From: Lytechinus pictus
Taxonomy: Eukaryota
Assembly (NCBI RefSeq): GCF_037042905.1
Contig: NC_087252.1
Span: 18,974,001 to 19,038,000, forward strand
Length of the DNA: 64,000 bases
Reading direction: 5' to 3'
The notes beneath the pieces were generated by a model, which saw only the letters and a list, made by a program, of their open reading frames with translations, did no database searches and was not told the DNA's origin. The position numbers were made by a program, and so were the translations under genes. Shown in pieces: positions 41,665 to 56,055 of this stretch (positions within the stretch are counted from its first letter, which is position 1; every line of letters starts with the position of its first letter).

Positions 41665-42009
41665 GAAATGGCGAATCACCAGATATTCACGATGGTACAG
41701 TTCACACAGAACGAGAGAAAACCCTTATCCGTGGTAGTTTAGGAATCTTGACATGTCGTTTCTCCGGTTCTCCTTATGCTGTCTTCTGGAAGAAAGGACA
41801 TGATATTTGGACCTCACCAACCCTCATCCAATGGACACCTGAAGACAAAATAACTGGTCCTAGATATGACGACGGTAGCTGTGACATGGATGAAAACTAC
41901 TCCCTGATCATCAAATCTGTAAATCATACAGATAGAGGGCGCTTTATTTGTTTGGTTTCTAACGAGGATGGAATTCTTGTCGACGACTACACAGACGTCA
42001 CAGTATCCG
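41665..42009 (+). CDS. Ig-superfamily gene, V-type Ig domain exon 1
   Basis: AG/GT boundaries, phase 1-1; LTC...VFWKK...YSLIIKSVNHTDRGRFICLV. Confidence 0.9.
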
Positions 42010-42315
42010 GTAAGAAATATATTTCATACCACTCTATATGTTTCTTACAATTCAGTGGGAAATATTAGGTATTTTTTGCGTAGATGGGTTTATATATCAT
42101 AATAAGAATCTAAATAGTCACATGCCTTCAAATTTTAAAAGTCAGGTATTATAGTCGACCGAAATTATTCCACGAAAATACCTTGAATAGATCGTTTTAA
42201 AAGGTAGAGAGATTTATTTTATCCAAAACAGGGGAAAGATGGATACCATTAACTTATGTAAATACAAGGATAATTTTGACCCTACATACTTTTAAATCTG
42301 TTTGATTCTGTATAG

Positions 42316-42633
42316 ACGATGCCCTTGAGATGGAATCTTCTGTAACTCTTCCTTTGAAGCAAACTGGGCGTGTGCCTTGTCAAGTTAATATCAGACCACG
42401 AAAAGTTTCCTGGTTCGGAAGCAGAAACGAAATGCTGGTCTTCATTGACCTTTCTAAAGACTCCATTGTAATAGGAGGGACAGGATACAAAGATGGATTA
42501 TTCCACATTACCGGCGAATACTCTCTTGTCATTTACAACGTCAAGATCCAACAGGAAGGTCTCTATTTCTGCGTGGTTACTGATTATGACACAGGTGTCA
42601 CTTATCAAGATGATTCACTGCTCACTGTAATAG
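42316..42633 (+). CDS. Ig-superfamily gene, V-type Ig domain exon 2
   Basis: AG/GT boundaries, phase 1-1; VPC...VSWF...YSLVIYNVKIQQEGLYFCVV. Confidence 0.9.
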
Positions 42634-44469
42634 GTACATTTTTATCTAGATCATTTGCATTTCCATATGCGACAAAAGTGCTTTAAAGTCCGCTTAAATG
42701 TTCGGAAGCTTGCCATTTTTTCTTTTTTCTTAGGGGTCATGTGGAGTCACTCTCTGTTCGGAACTATTTTTTCAGTGAAAGTACTCGTGAACAAAAAAGG
42801 GCTCCAAGCGCCCCAAGTTCCCGGAAAGCGCAAGTTTCGGACTCTTTTGTCGCATAAAATGCGATTGTTGGACTTTCCAATTGTAAGGGAGTTTTCGCAA
42901 ATAATAAGCAGACACTTTCTTGAATATTGAAAATCTATTGTTCAAAGCCCTTCATGACAAAGCAGCCCTTGTCGAAAATCGGTGAATCAAAACAGCAGTC
43001 TCGAACAGGGCTCTGTAGAAACGACATATTTGAATTTTCAATTCAATTCTGAATCTGGGGACGAACTACAGTAGTTATGGGCATGGGCGGAAATCCCAGG
43101 GGGGACGCGTCCCCCCTACCATTTTGGAAAGGGGGGACATAATATCAAATGCCCCCCTACTATTTGTGGTCTTTTATTATGGAAAAAATACATATAGTCC
43201 AGTCAATATAGGGTTTGACCCACCACTAATTGCAACACGAGATATTCCACTGCAATGCTTTCAAGGAAGGTCACCTAAACAACATACTAAAAGTCCCAAG
43301 AAATCCAAGCAGTGGAAATTTATGAAATTTGCATATTATGCAAATTAGCCATAAAAAGTAAGAAAAATAAGGAAAATAGCCCAAATATTACAAATTGAGT
43401 GTCCAAAACAATTCAATTTGAGCGAAAATTTATGATAGATAACTGTATTCAATGTTTTTTGTCAAAAGTGCAAAAAATCTACCTCATTCGTAAAATATGC
43501 AAATAAGCATCCTTATATGGAAAAATGTGTAGGTATTGTGATTTTTCTCTCATTATCTGCTTGAAAATTTAATTAATGTTGGAATTTACATGCTGCTATC
43601 ACTAAGGACGTTGAATACATTTGTATTCAGCTTAGTGTCTGTAGTGTAATTTGCATATTATGCAAATAAAAGTATCTAACATGTTATAAATATTCAAGAA
43701 AACACACTGGTGATACATCCCTCAAAAATTGCAAGTAGATTATCTATTGAAATTGGAATATGGCAATACCTTACAGGAAGGTTTCCTAAACACCATATTA
43801 AAAGTCCTTAAATATACAAGCATATGGGAAAATCACAAATAAGGAAAATAATCCAAATATTGGAAATCAAGTGCAATCAATACGAATTGAACTGAAGCCC
43901 ATGACAAGTTTTACAAATTTATTTATGTTTTAAATAAAAAATCGTAAATAAATCTACGTCATTTGCATATATATGAGCATCTTTATATGGAAAAAATCCA
44001 GAAATTTTGATTTTTCTCACAAAAACAGTTATGAAAACATTTCAGTCTAGATCAATATGATTTGATCACTAAGAATGGCAAATACATTAATAATCAGCTT
44101 AATATCTGAAGTGTAATTTACATATTGTGCAAATAAGCATCCGACATGTTATAAATATTCAAGGAAACACATAAGTGATACTTTCCTCTAAAATTCCATG
44201 TAAATTATGTCTATTATTCATGATGACCTTCCCTACACTTCTTGCTTGGTTGATATTGAGTTTTGCCACGAGCAGTTACCCCACTCATATTGTACAATGA
44301 TGAGTCAATTCTACATGGATCCCACTGCTTGAATGTTTCATTATTTCCATCCAAGTCTTGCTCTCTTCTTGACTTTGTATAGAGACTTTGCGTTTCTTGC
44401 GAGTATAGTCCACGCTAGCAACTCTTGGATTGCCAAGTGATCAGCACAAGATGTCACACCCGTACAAAT

Positions 44470-46368
44470 AAAATCCCATTAGCTTCGAATATTTGGTCCT
44501 TGTAGCACACCAATTAGCTTATAAACTTGGGGTCCTTGTATTTAAAGCGCTTAACGATAAATCTCCACCCTACATCTCAGAGCTCTTATCTCAGCATAGA
44601 CCAACACGCAGTCTCAGATCAGCAGCTCAAGCATTGCTGAGGGAATCTCTCAGCCACACAACCTGGAGTGACAGAGCCTTCTACATCTCTGGACCAAAGC
44701 TGTGGAATAGCCTTCCCCAATTTATCAGGAGAGCAAAGACCCAATCAACTTTTGAGTCTTACCTGAAGACCTTTCTGTTCCCCACTCCAACATTACCCCA
44801 AGACAAGAATAACTCAATTGTAGCATTACTAGGACAGTACTTGAACTGAATGATGATCATAAGCACTGTTTGAAGACATTGGAATTTGTGAGATATTTCC
44901 TATTTTTGAGCAAGCGCCATGAGCGCCCAGCTGCAGTGGCGTAGCTAGGATTTTTTTCCTGGGGGGGCACTGGGGGGTCCTTGCTTTTTCAGGGGGGGCA
45001 CCATTTTTTCCGGTGTGTGTGTATGTGTCACAAGGGCGGATCCGACTTTCGGCAATAGGGGACGGGGGCCCGAAGTTATCTTCACCTATATTTTCCCCGA
45101 TCAGTCACTTCTTAGTTTTATTCTTATTAAACAACATAAACATGAAGTAATCTCATGAGCCTTATAAAAAGTGCGAGCGCGAAGCGCGAGCGATTTTTTT
45201 TTTCTTTCATGTATTTTGTCCTGAAAATTTAATATTCTGGGCAATGTTATATATGATCCTGAACAAGATTCGTATGTAACTACTGTAGATGGTTACTGCG
45301 AACGCCAAGCGCGAGCAGAAATTTTTATTAACTGTTCTAGCATTATCGAAAAGGGACCTCTTAAGGACTGCTTACAGTTACCCACGAAGACGGTATATAT
45401 TTCAATAATGCGAGCGCGAAGCGCGAGGATTTTTTTTTTTGACATTCCGACCTAAGAAATGGTCATTCTAAGCACTTTTTGTATTAATAAATGGGATAGG
45501 TATGTAACTAAACAACTGATGCGAGCGCGAAGCGCGAGAGGAAGAAAATTGTGATTTTAGACCTAAAAGCGGGACACTCTATTCATATTTTGTAAATCAT
45601 AAATAGGATATAGTTAATTGGGTATCATTAATAATGCGATCGTGAAGCGTGAGCAGACAATTATTGATATTCTGATGTGAAACTGGATAATTTGAGTACA
45701 TTTTAAATAAAGAACATGCAGGCAATCGCGCATGATTTATATTTAGACCTAGAATCTGGGCATTCTGAATACATTTGTTTAATGGAACATTATGGAATAC
45801 ACGTAGACAATAGGAACTTGGCAAATCAAACAATGTGACCACACAGCATGAGCTTGAAATGCTGATATGTAGACCATAAAACGGACATTTTACAGAGCAC
45901 TTAAATTTGTAAATGAAAAAAAAGAATGAAAGCTCGATGTCCGAGCTAAAATATGTTTTGTATATTGACTTCAAAACTTGCTCCATATCAGCCTATTGAG
46001 GAAGATATGAATCTCATTGAACAGGCAATTCTGGCGCGAAGCGCAAGCAAAAAATTTTATATAGTAACATGAAAGATTTGGGTTTTTTTTTTGCAAGTCT
46101 TCCCCTTACATTATTTCATTCACTCGTCTTCCTCTTATTTTCCTCTTCTTTTTTTTCTTCTGTCTTTCTTATTCCTTTCTTTTCTTCTTTCTCCCTTTTT
46201 TCTTTTTTTTTGCTCTGCCAATTTTTTTCAGGGGGGGGCACCTGGGGGGGCACACCAAATCTCAGGGGGGGCACGTGCCCCCCCAGGCTCCCCCGTAGCT
46301 ACGCCACTGCCCAGCTGAGGCGGATACCGACGCTTTACAAGAACCCATCATCATCATCATCATCATCA
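44470..46368 (+). mobile_element. L2-clade LINE 3' remnant, interrupted by a MITE
   Basis: ORF 44493-44849 LVFKAL...PPYISELL...RSLRS...DRAFYISGPKLWNSLP...FESYLKTFLF. The 3' end AAGCGCCATGAG resumes after 46317 as GGCGGATACCGACGCTTTACAAG plus a (CAT)n tail. Confidence 0.75.
44934..46309. mobile_element. hAT-like non-autonomous element
   Basis: TIR CAGTGGCGTAGCTA...TAGCTACGCCACTG; perfect 8-bp TSD CCCAGCTG (44926-44933, 46310-46317). Confidence 0.9.
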
Positions 46369-46547
46369 CTTGTCTTGGTGGTGAATATGAGTACTTGCTT
46401 GGATCACAAGATCTCTGGGCATGCTTAATAAGAGTAACAATGGGCATTTGCCTATACGAGCGACATGAAAGCCATTCATAAATTCATGATGAAGGCTTAA
46501 AGTGCATTATAGGCATCTTTCTCAGATACAGGAATCGTAATTAGACG

Positions 46548-48160
46548 TTTTTTTTGTTTTTTTTTCTTTCAATCTTTATTGATCAAAAAATAAATCACAG
46601 TACAAATGAACAAGCTATTTACATGATTAAACAGAGCAGCACTTACGTACATGTAGGTATATACTTGTCAAGACAGATACATAAAACAAATTAGATATCA
46701 AATCTCCACTTTTTAAAATGTACAGGTAATTTACCATTTTTCTTCGCCAAAACATATTCAATATCCTTAATACCTTTGATACGAGCTTTGAATTCCACAA
46801 TATTAGGGTTTTTGTTATTAAATTTACAAAAGTGAACATATTATTTGAAAGCAAGGAAAATGAATGTTAGAAAATTATCACCTTGAATACCAAAAACCTT
46901 TACAAAGGGGGAAAGGATAATATTCGAATGTTGTTTTTGGTTTATTATAGATAAAAGATTATCCCATACAATGTCAACCACCGGACAATCACAAAATATA
47001 TGTACAATTGTTTCAGGGTCTCTTTTACAGAATGAACAGTTTGGGGAATCTTTTCTCTTGATTTTAAATAAAAATGCATTAAGGGCAATTGTCTTGAAAT
47101 AAAATGATCTGAGGCGGCTATCAATAGTACTCTTAAAATTCAGCATATGTATTTTCTCCCAGTGTACTATGTCGTTAGAAGGGCACGACTCTTCCCAAAA
47201 GGAAATACAATTATATGGGAGACATTGATTGAAAAATATCAAATATGCATAACTGCTAACTTTCCTTTTCTCTAATAATTTATCTACAACTTCGGAATGG
47301 ATATCTAAATCTGGATTATTATGCCAATCTAACCATGGACCAGGAATATTTTGTAATAGAAAATTATATTTTCTTCTATCTTTTGCTGAAGTTTCAAAGT
47401 CGAGAACTAACTCTTCAAATAACTTGTAACCTGGATGGGGTGGATTAAAGAGATCACTTATAAAAACTATGCCCTTATTAAACCAATTTTCATAAAATAA
47501 AAATTGTTTAGATTTGGATCTGACATTTCTATTAAACCAAAAACAATGTGAATAACCCAAATACAAATAATCATAACCAAACTCTTTTCTGGAAGCTTTA
47601 TCTCTAAACAAGTACCAGGTCCGGATTGAGTCTGCAAGTAGGGAACAATTTAAATTATTCAAAATTTGTTCAGGTGCATGGGCCTTCCACAAAATGTCCC
47701 TCATTGCATTAAATTTGTCTAAAAAGGAAACTTCAATTAATTTCCATCCACTATTGTAATTATCATTTAACAAAAATTTTACCCAAATCATTTTCTGAGC
47801 CAATGAAAATGTATAGGGATCAACCATCTTGAGCCCACAGGCAGAAAAGTCATTACAAAAATATTTTCTCTTTACTCTGTCCTTGCCTCCATTCCAAATA
47901 AATCTGTAAAATAAAGTATTTAGATCTTTAAAAAATTTGCTTGGAATTTTAATACACAAAACAGATAGTAAATACAGCAACGGAGGCATTAATAAAGTTT
48001 TAATAACACAGATTTTTCCAACAAAAGACAAATTTCTGAGCGCCAACAATTCAATATATTCTCTATCTGCCTCAGTTTAGGAACATAGTTAAGACTATAC
48101 AGTGAATTAAAATTCAACGAGAATTGAATACCCAATGTTTTGAAAGAATTATCTCTCCAT
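46548..48160 (-). mobile_element. 5'-truncated L1/Tx1-clade LINE (ORF2 C-terminus with zinc knuckle)
   Basis: Minus ORF 46841-48049 with LSFVGKICVIKTLL, FIWNGGKDRVKR and CSFC...ETIVHIFCDC; poly(T) on the + strand at ~46548-46570; possible TSD TTAGAC. Confidence 0.85.
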
Positions 48161-49139
48161 GTTAGACCTCTTTCAGCAAATGGGAATTCTTGACAACCTT
48201 TTTTCCTTCTTGCTGAATCCAGTTGCTGCTTCATGATGAAGCATCCATTTTCTGTTCTCTCTTTGATAAATCTCCTATGGCAACCATCTCCAAATATTAA
48301 AGCTATAGTTTCTAAGTAAGTCGTATGCAAATAATAATATTAATTTCCTGATATTTATGGTAAACAGAAATTCCTCAGTGAAACAATGAACAAACCAAAT
48401 GGAGAACTAAGCCAGATTATTGATTTGGTCCAAGAGGACACAACATAATGGAACACCCTTAACATCACCATCAAATACCATCCAACATTGATTAGATAGT
48501 GTGTACCACTTCCAAGATTTATTTGCCACAATGTGCTACTTATGGGTATACTGCGAGGTTATCCAGAGGAATAAACATTTTATGGTACGACTATGGATGT
48601 TCTTCTGGAGGAATGCTGACTTTAATAGTGTCATGCAGATGTACTTTGGACAATCATACAACTCTCTGTACTGAAATCCGACAAGTCGAGCATAGCAGAC
48701 TGAATGCCAATCAAGAGGACTTTAACAAGAACACACCGTTAACCATGTCTTCTTCCGACACAAGTTGCTTCAATGAGAGAATGGACATAAGTTGTGTCGG
48801 AAAATGTCAAGAGTTTTAGAGAAAGTCTAGGAAGGCTTGCACATTTTAGAGCTCCAAAAGCATCAGTAAGGTAAAGCTCAGAATTGCTACAATGCATTAA
48901 AGAGGACCATAAGAGGGTTTGTAGACAAGCCTATAATACATAATTTGTTGACCGGATTGACAATGATCCAGGCTGTAACAATTAGCATGTTGGGAGCCCT
49001 TAATATCAATAGCTATGACTACATTGGAATATCATTATTAAAGGAAGGCAAAGATTTTTAGTCTTAGTATTCACCACTGCATGATCATGATGACGATGAC
49101 GCTGAAGTCCTGGGACCCAGTCATGACCCAGATATGGCC

Positions 49140-49400
49140 AGATGACATATTGTTTAGTCAAGCAGGTGTAGCCAGACTACTGAAGAAATTGTTAAAGAAA
49201 ACAACCTGCGTGAAGCTACTAGGCCAGACGGAATCTCTGCTGCACTTCTTAATGAGACTACTCATCAGATCTTACCTGCCATAAGTTTGCTTTTCCTGGC
49301 CTCCCTTTATCATGTTTATGCGGTGAAATTCCAAGAAAGTCTAAGTCTTTCCCATCCATATAAGAAAGGGTTGTCAACTCTAACAAACTACACACCAATT
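49140..49400 (+). mobile_element. Degenerate LINE reverse-transcriptase N-terminal fragment
   Basis: Frameshifted peptides GVARLLKKL, ATRPDGISAALLNE, ILPAISLLF, IYKKG, NYTPI. Confidence 0.55.
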
Positions 49401-51924
49401 CAAATACTGTGCTTTGTTCTTGCTTATCTCATCATCTTGTCAGACTAACGCTTAGGAAGCGAAGAACATATTTCCAGTATTTTTCCTTGAATATAAATCA
49501 TATTAGGATAGATTTAAAAGCTTAGTGATAGCAGCATATTAATTTGAAAAACTTAAATGTTTTCACTGCAGTCAATGTGATAAAAATCCAAATTTCTTGA
49601 CATTTTCCATATAAGGATACTTATTTGCATAATATGCAAATGAGGCAGATTTGCTAGCTTTTTTAAATAAAGACCTTGAACTTATTTATTCATCATGTTC
49701 AAAATTACTTGCTGTGGACATTTAATTTGTAATCTTTGGATTAATTTCCTAATTTTCATTTTTTTTTTAATGGCTAATTTGCATAATATGCAAATTAATT
49801 TTCAGGCATTGGGATGAATTATCATGCTTAGTGATATAGTAGCATATTAATGTCAACATTAATGAAATGTTTTCAAGCAGTCTATATGAGAAAAATCACA
49901 ATATCTTGACATTTTTTCCATATAAGGATGCTTATTTGCGTAATATGCAAATGAGGTAGAAATTTTTGCACTTTTGATTGGAAACATTGAATTCAGTTAT
50001 TTATCATGAATTTCCATTCAAATCAAATTATTTTGGACATTTAATTTGTAATCTTTTGATATTTTCCCTTCTTTTTCTAATTTTTCATGGCTAATTTGCA
50101 TAATATGCAAATTTCATAAATTTCCACTGCTTGGATTTCTTGGGACTTTTAGTATGTTGTTTAGGGGACCTTCCTGGAAAGCATTTCAGTGGAATATTTC
50201 GTGTTGCAATTAGTGGTGGGTTACCCCCCTATTCTGGCTAGATTGACTGGACTAATAATTCAAAATCGAAATTATACACATGGGCATTTTCACGGTAACT
50301 GACATTACAAGGCACAATTTTACACACTTTTCATTGTGTGTATGATTATCTCTAAAACAACAAATGATGGGAGTTTTGCTTTTAGGCAAACCATATTTCG
50401 AAATATATATAAACAGATAGCTTTTGTTAAGAACTTGGATAGGAAAAAAGTCATACCGGCCCGACTATTCTCGAACTCGCATCTAGCCCTATATGCCAGC
50501 CAAAGAGTGATGACATTGATGGCCATTGTAAAAAGAAAAAAGAAAATCACCTCTGGATACTTATAAGTAAATTTAGTGCATAGATAGTAGACGAGAATGT
50601 TCCATATCCCGTAAGAACATACCTTTGTTAAATAAATTAATTTTCCCTTTATTCCACATTTACTTGGAATATAAGAATACTTTCATTGTTCGCGTACTCA
50701 GTAAAAAGAATAGTTTTCATGAGTTATGATGAATCCTTCGCTATGAGTTTGAACTATATTTAATCCCCCAAATTTGTTTTTAAATACTCTATTAACGAGA
50801 ATTTTATATTCCATTTATACACGAAATTCCTGCCGTGGGATGGGTCATCATAGGCAGGCGCGGATGCGGGGGGGGGGCACTGGAGGCACGTGTCCCCCCC
50901 CCCCCCCCTTGAGAAGCAAAATTTGTAATGTAAAAATGCCTTTAAAACAGACCTTTTTATTTTTTTTTGCTTGTCAAATTTTTTTCGGGTATGAAATATC
51001 CTTAATTTGTGATTTTTGGGGCTTGTCAAAATTTTCCTCAGAAAAATTTGCCCCCCACCTTTTGGAAAATCGTGGATCCGCCCCCGGATCATAAGTAGAT
51101 CAAGGGGGCGAAGCGGTGGCCAGCCCCCTATTGGCGGCACAAAATAGGAAGGTAAGGAGAAAATTAAGATGAAAGATAGGACGAGGAAAAAAATTGAATG
51201 ATGGAAGGGGAGGGTAATAATTGGAAAAAAAGAGAAAACTATCAGGTCATGATATAAAAATTAAAAAACCGCTCGCGCTTTGCATTAATACACAGCCATC
51301 TCTTTATTTCAAAACGTGCTTATTTTTTCACTTTTTAGATCGAAATATATAAAATCAAATCATTCATTTAGGAATATATCCATCCTTTTCCTTATATGTA
51401 GGTTTAAATCTAAAACAAAAAAGAATAGCTCGCGCTTTGCGCTCGCAGTGCTTATTGAAATAAACTCCTTGTTCTTTATTTCAAAAGTGCTTGAAAGATC
51501 AATTTTTCAGATCTGAATATTAAAAAATATTCATTTCGCGCTTCACGCTCGCATCAGTAATTTTGGTTGAGTCAGATACTATTCTGTTTATTGCTATAAG
51601 GTGAAAAGAAGATGACTTTTTGGTCGGAAAATAAAAAGAATCAGGATACGCTTTGCGCTTACATTAATCAAAATTTAGTGAGATAGCTACCATGTCCTTG
51701 TTTTTAAAATATGTTAATAATACAAATTTTTAGGCCGGAAATGACATATCTTCAGCACACACTTCGCGTTCGAATCTAATATTGTTTAGTAAAATTTATA
51801 TTCTGTTCATGATTTCAAAAAGTGTTACGATTGTCCAGTTTTTAGGTTGGAAATACAAACTTTCAGCTCGCGCTTATCGCCATCATTAATTGTTTAGATT
51901 CCTATCCTGTTCGTTTTTTAGGTG

Positions 51925-52141
51925 TCAGGTAAAAATGGCGGAGGTAATAATGGCAGAGGTAAAAATGGCAGAGGTAAAAATGGCAGAGGAAATAATGGCA
52001 GAGGTAAAAATGGCAGAGGTAATAATGGCAGAGGTAAAAATGGCAGAGGTAAAAACGGCAGAGGTAAAAAGAGCAGAGGCATAAATGACAAGAGGTAAAA
52101 ATGGAAGATGTGATAATGGCAGGGGTAAAAGTGGCCGAGGT
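51925..52141 (+). repeat. 15-bp minisatellite (GAGGTAAAAATGGCA)n
   Basis: Tandem array directly visible. Confidence 0.9.
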
Positions 52142-53703
52142 ACACTATTAGACAAAACAGTAGATTCTACAGAAAAATTAAAAAACAGGTTTTACAGAAA
52201 AAAAAACACAATAAATTTCTACAATTTTACAAAACAGATGTTTTAAAAAGGGGAAAACAGTTTTATTACAATAAATTTGTAAGGGTACGGGCACAAAATA
52301 CCAATTTTCTGTAATTTTACACAAATGCATGTAAGAATATACACAGTGCAGTAAGATTACAGGTGTTCTCCAGACTCTGTTGCAGGAATTTTTTATTTTT
52401 AAGTATAAAATTTCTAACAGGTAAAGATGGCAGAGGCAAAAATGAAAGAGATATTGGGTGCTGGTTTGTTAAAAAGCCGAAAACATAATTTTTCACTCCA
52501 AAATGAAAGGGGATTTGTTTAAGGGGGAAAATGACACAAAAAATTATTTTAACTAAATGAATTTCTTTTAGGTCAGAAAAAGAATTACAACAAAAATAAT
52601 AACAATTAGATAATAAACAATGTTTTTTCTTCTGTTTGAAAAATAAGAGAGATTTGTATCAAATCTCTACATTTTAGCATACCAAGCTAATTACCAAGAG
52701 GGTGCTGCTTATGGTGTACAAAATACCCAACAGCACTTCCGCTTCCAAGGGTTATGACCATCAAGCCGTTTATATCATATTGGATGCAGTGGTAAAGGTT
52801 CAGGGTCTTCTTTTATGCAAAGAATCTGAACCAGACAGTCCCCCTCGATCGACCCCAAATTGATTTACCAGTCAAAACAAGATTATTATTGATTTTCATA
52901 ATCAGTTACATATTCAGTTCCAAGCCTGGGAACGCATGCTTAATATTGTCATTCAAATATTCAAAAAGAATAGTACAGACGACATTACAAATAACGAAAT
53001 AATATTTAACCACAATCTTTCGTGACAATTTCAACGTCTAAGCTTTCCTCGCTATGTTCTCTATGTTTTTCCCCGCCCCTAACCCTCTCTGTCTCTCCAC
53101 CTCTCTTATGTCTACTCCTCCTCCTTTTTGCATCGGTAAACCTGGCAAAACTTTAGATATAAAATAAACCAGCCAGACAAAAAGGAATGTTATAAAATGA
53201 TGAATGAGAATAGTGCAGTTTCATTTTGCTCCTGATAAATTGAATGAAAAAATATCTATCGTTTGATTTCTTTTTAAAAAGCGTTCACGGTACACCTCCA
53301 ACGAATTCGTAAATAGCATTCTTAGGCCGATGAAGACATAATGATATGATGAAATGTCTAACCGTGACATGCACTTCTAATTTAATCTATGTACATGCGG
53401 GGGCTTTTTGACAATTCATTGCATGGGGGTTTAAGACTGGCCATATTTACCTAGAGCTGTCAGCTATTATTTTAATTAGTTGAATTCCTATTCTGTTCAT
53501 GATTCGAAAAAGTATTACGAATATCCCAGTCTTTAGGTAATTCCTATCCTGCTCATGATTTGAAAAAGTTTCACGAATGTCTAGCTTTTAGGTTGGAAAA
53601 TCAAAAACTTTCAGCTCGCGCTTCGCGCTCGCATTATGTATTGAGGCCTTTCATCTTTAGTTAGGAATACCTCCCCTCTTCGAAATATGTACTGTATATA
53701 TAT

Positions 53704-53734
<31 letters not shown>

Positions 53735-55910
53735 TATGATGAATAGCATTCTTTTGGCGCGAACGAGATGGTCACGCAGAGAACGGTCTTTCCGATATGC
53801 CAGAAGTACGGGGTTGTCTCCAAAGATCTCCTTGCAAGAAGGAGATGACAGGAACAGCTTTAGACGTATGGTTGCTGATGATGATAGACTGGTTGTCACT
53901 ATTCCACCTGATCTCCCATTATCTGATGATGAGAAGTCTGTCTTAAAGAAAGGTCTAACTTTTATCCCCACTACCGAACGTGTTGATGAATTCCAGACTC
54001 GAGAGGATTTCGAAAGGTTTGCCAGACGTATGAAGCTATCAGCCCATTACTATCGACCTGAGAATGAAGCTACTCCCACACCTGACCATGATAGTCATTC
54101 GGATCATTTTGCTGCTCTAAAACCACGGCGGTCTACCTGGATGCCACCCGATGGAGAATTGCCAGCTCTTGACAGTTTCATCTCGAAGTGCAGATCTGAC
54201 ATGAATGACATTCTCAACGCTGACAAAAGAGTTAGTCATAACATTACCCGATCTGATCGTGAGACCATCAAGTCCTTACGTAATAACAAGGATTATATCA
54301 TCAAACCAGCTGATAAGGGTGGAGCCATTGTGGTATGGAGACGTGACCTCTACATTCATGAGGGCGAACGCCAATTGTCTGATCCTGAATTCTACGAACC
54401 AGTCGAAACTGATCCCACTCCTGAGCACCATACCATGGTCAAGGATACAGTACAAGAGTTGATACAAAATGACGACCTGCCCAAGAATGCGTCTAATCTC
54501 ATTCAAGATAATCCTCGGTGCTCTACTTTCTACTTACTACCTAAGATCCATAAAGCTAACACACCTGGAAGACCGATTGTATCAACGTGTAATTGCCCCA
54601 CTGTATCCTAGCCCCTCTTGTCACTCAGCTTCCTACGTACTACGTGAAAGACTCCTCTGATGCTGTTCGCCTCATAAGGGATGTTACTCTAGATGAAAGA
54701 AGTAAGCATCTCCTCTTCACGATGGATATTTCATCTCTCTATACTAACATACCCATAGACGACGGTTTGAGGGCTCTCCGCTACTTCTTGGAACGCAATG
54801 CCCCCGATGATTCCCCGAGTGTGGAAACCCTTCTAAGGTTGGCTGAACTAGTTCTCCGTTTGTCAGCTTTCGAATTTGATGGACGCTACTACAAGCAACA
54901 TAAAGGTGTGGCTATGGGAACAAAAATGGGCCCTTCTTATGCTTGTCTCTTTGTTGGGTTCGTGGGGGAACAGATGCTGCAATCATATCATGGGCCTAAA
55001 CATGTCTTGTTTAAGCGATACATAGACGACTATCTTGGAATAAGCACCGGCTCAGAGGAGGATCTTCAAGATTTCATCGCATATGCTAATAACTACCATC
55101 CATCTCTTAAGTTCACACATTGTATCTCTAGCACCAGTGTGGACTTCCTGGACATCTCCATCTCTATCAAAGATTTAGGTCTTTCAACTGATGTATTCTA
55201 AAAACCTACTTCTTCTCACTCCTACTTGAAATATGACTCCTCCCATCCAGCGGCTTGTAAGAAGGCGATCCCCTACTCCCAGATGACCAGGCTACGTAGA
55301 ATCTGCAGCGATGATGCTCGTTTTAAACAACGGGCTGCCGAGATGGGTGATTTCTTCGTGAAGAGAGGCTACCCTCAGGAACTCATTCAGCACTCCATTC
55401 AAAGATCTAATGTGATCTCGCAGGACGAAGCTTTGACTGGGAAGATAAACAACAACAAGAGTCGTCGAGTTCCACTAGTGATGACTTATCATCCCACGTC
55501 TGCACTCATTACAATATCTATCAAAAACAACGCCAAGCTGTTCCTGTCATCTCCTTCTTGCAAGGAGATCTTTGGAGACAACCCCGTACTTCTGGCATAT
55601 CGGAAAGACCGTTCTCTGCGTGACCATCTCGTTCGCTCCAAATTGCCGCCTAATCAACCGGCAGATGCAACTGGCACATCTCAATGCGGCAGGCCGAGAT
55701 GCAATACCTGTCCCTACGTCATGAGGGGAGGTGTCATCCAAGGACCCAGAAGAACTTGGCGCGTCAAGGCCTCCTTCAAGTGCACCACCAGAAACGTCGT
55801 ATATGCTATACGATGCTCACGCTGCTCCAAGCTTTATATTGGAGAGACCAAACGACGTCTAGCAGACAGAGTAACAGAGCACCTGCGTTCGATCCGACTT
55901 AACACACCAG

Positions 55911-56055
55911 GGGCCCGTTGCAGAAAGAGTTGCAATCAAACGCAACTCTAAAAATCATGCGCAACTTCATTTTTAACCAATCGACAGCGCGCATTTTGGA
56001 CTTGCGATTGATTTTTTGACTTACGTTTAAACGCAACTCTTTCTGCAACGGGCCC
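55911..56055. mobile_element. 145-bp Harbinger-like MITE inside the Penelope endonuclease region
   Basis: TIR GGGCCCGTTGCAGAAAGAGTTGC; CAG/CTG flanks (CWG target). Removal restores ...RLNTPGLPVATHFN... Confidence 0.85.

Larger units (their letters stand above)
43195..50254. mobile_element. Foldback DNA transposon with long diverged TIRs (Academ-like termini)
   Basis: TAGTCCAGTCAAT...ATTGACTGGACTA termini, 3-bp TSD ATA, arms ~43195-44200 and ~49450-50254. Removing it restores the MITE sequence seen at 36.6-36.7 kb. Superfamily inferred from termini and TSD only. Confidence 0.8.

Noticed and set aside
48440..48820. Possible second, highly decayed Penelope fragment (ITIKYHPTL, CTTSKIY)
   Set aside because: Similarity is too short and fragmentary to support without a search.
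51890..52155. MAEVK-repeat and complementary-strand ORFs
   Set aside because: They arise from a 15-bp minisatellite.
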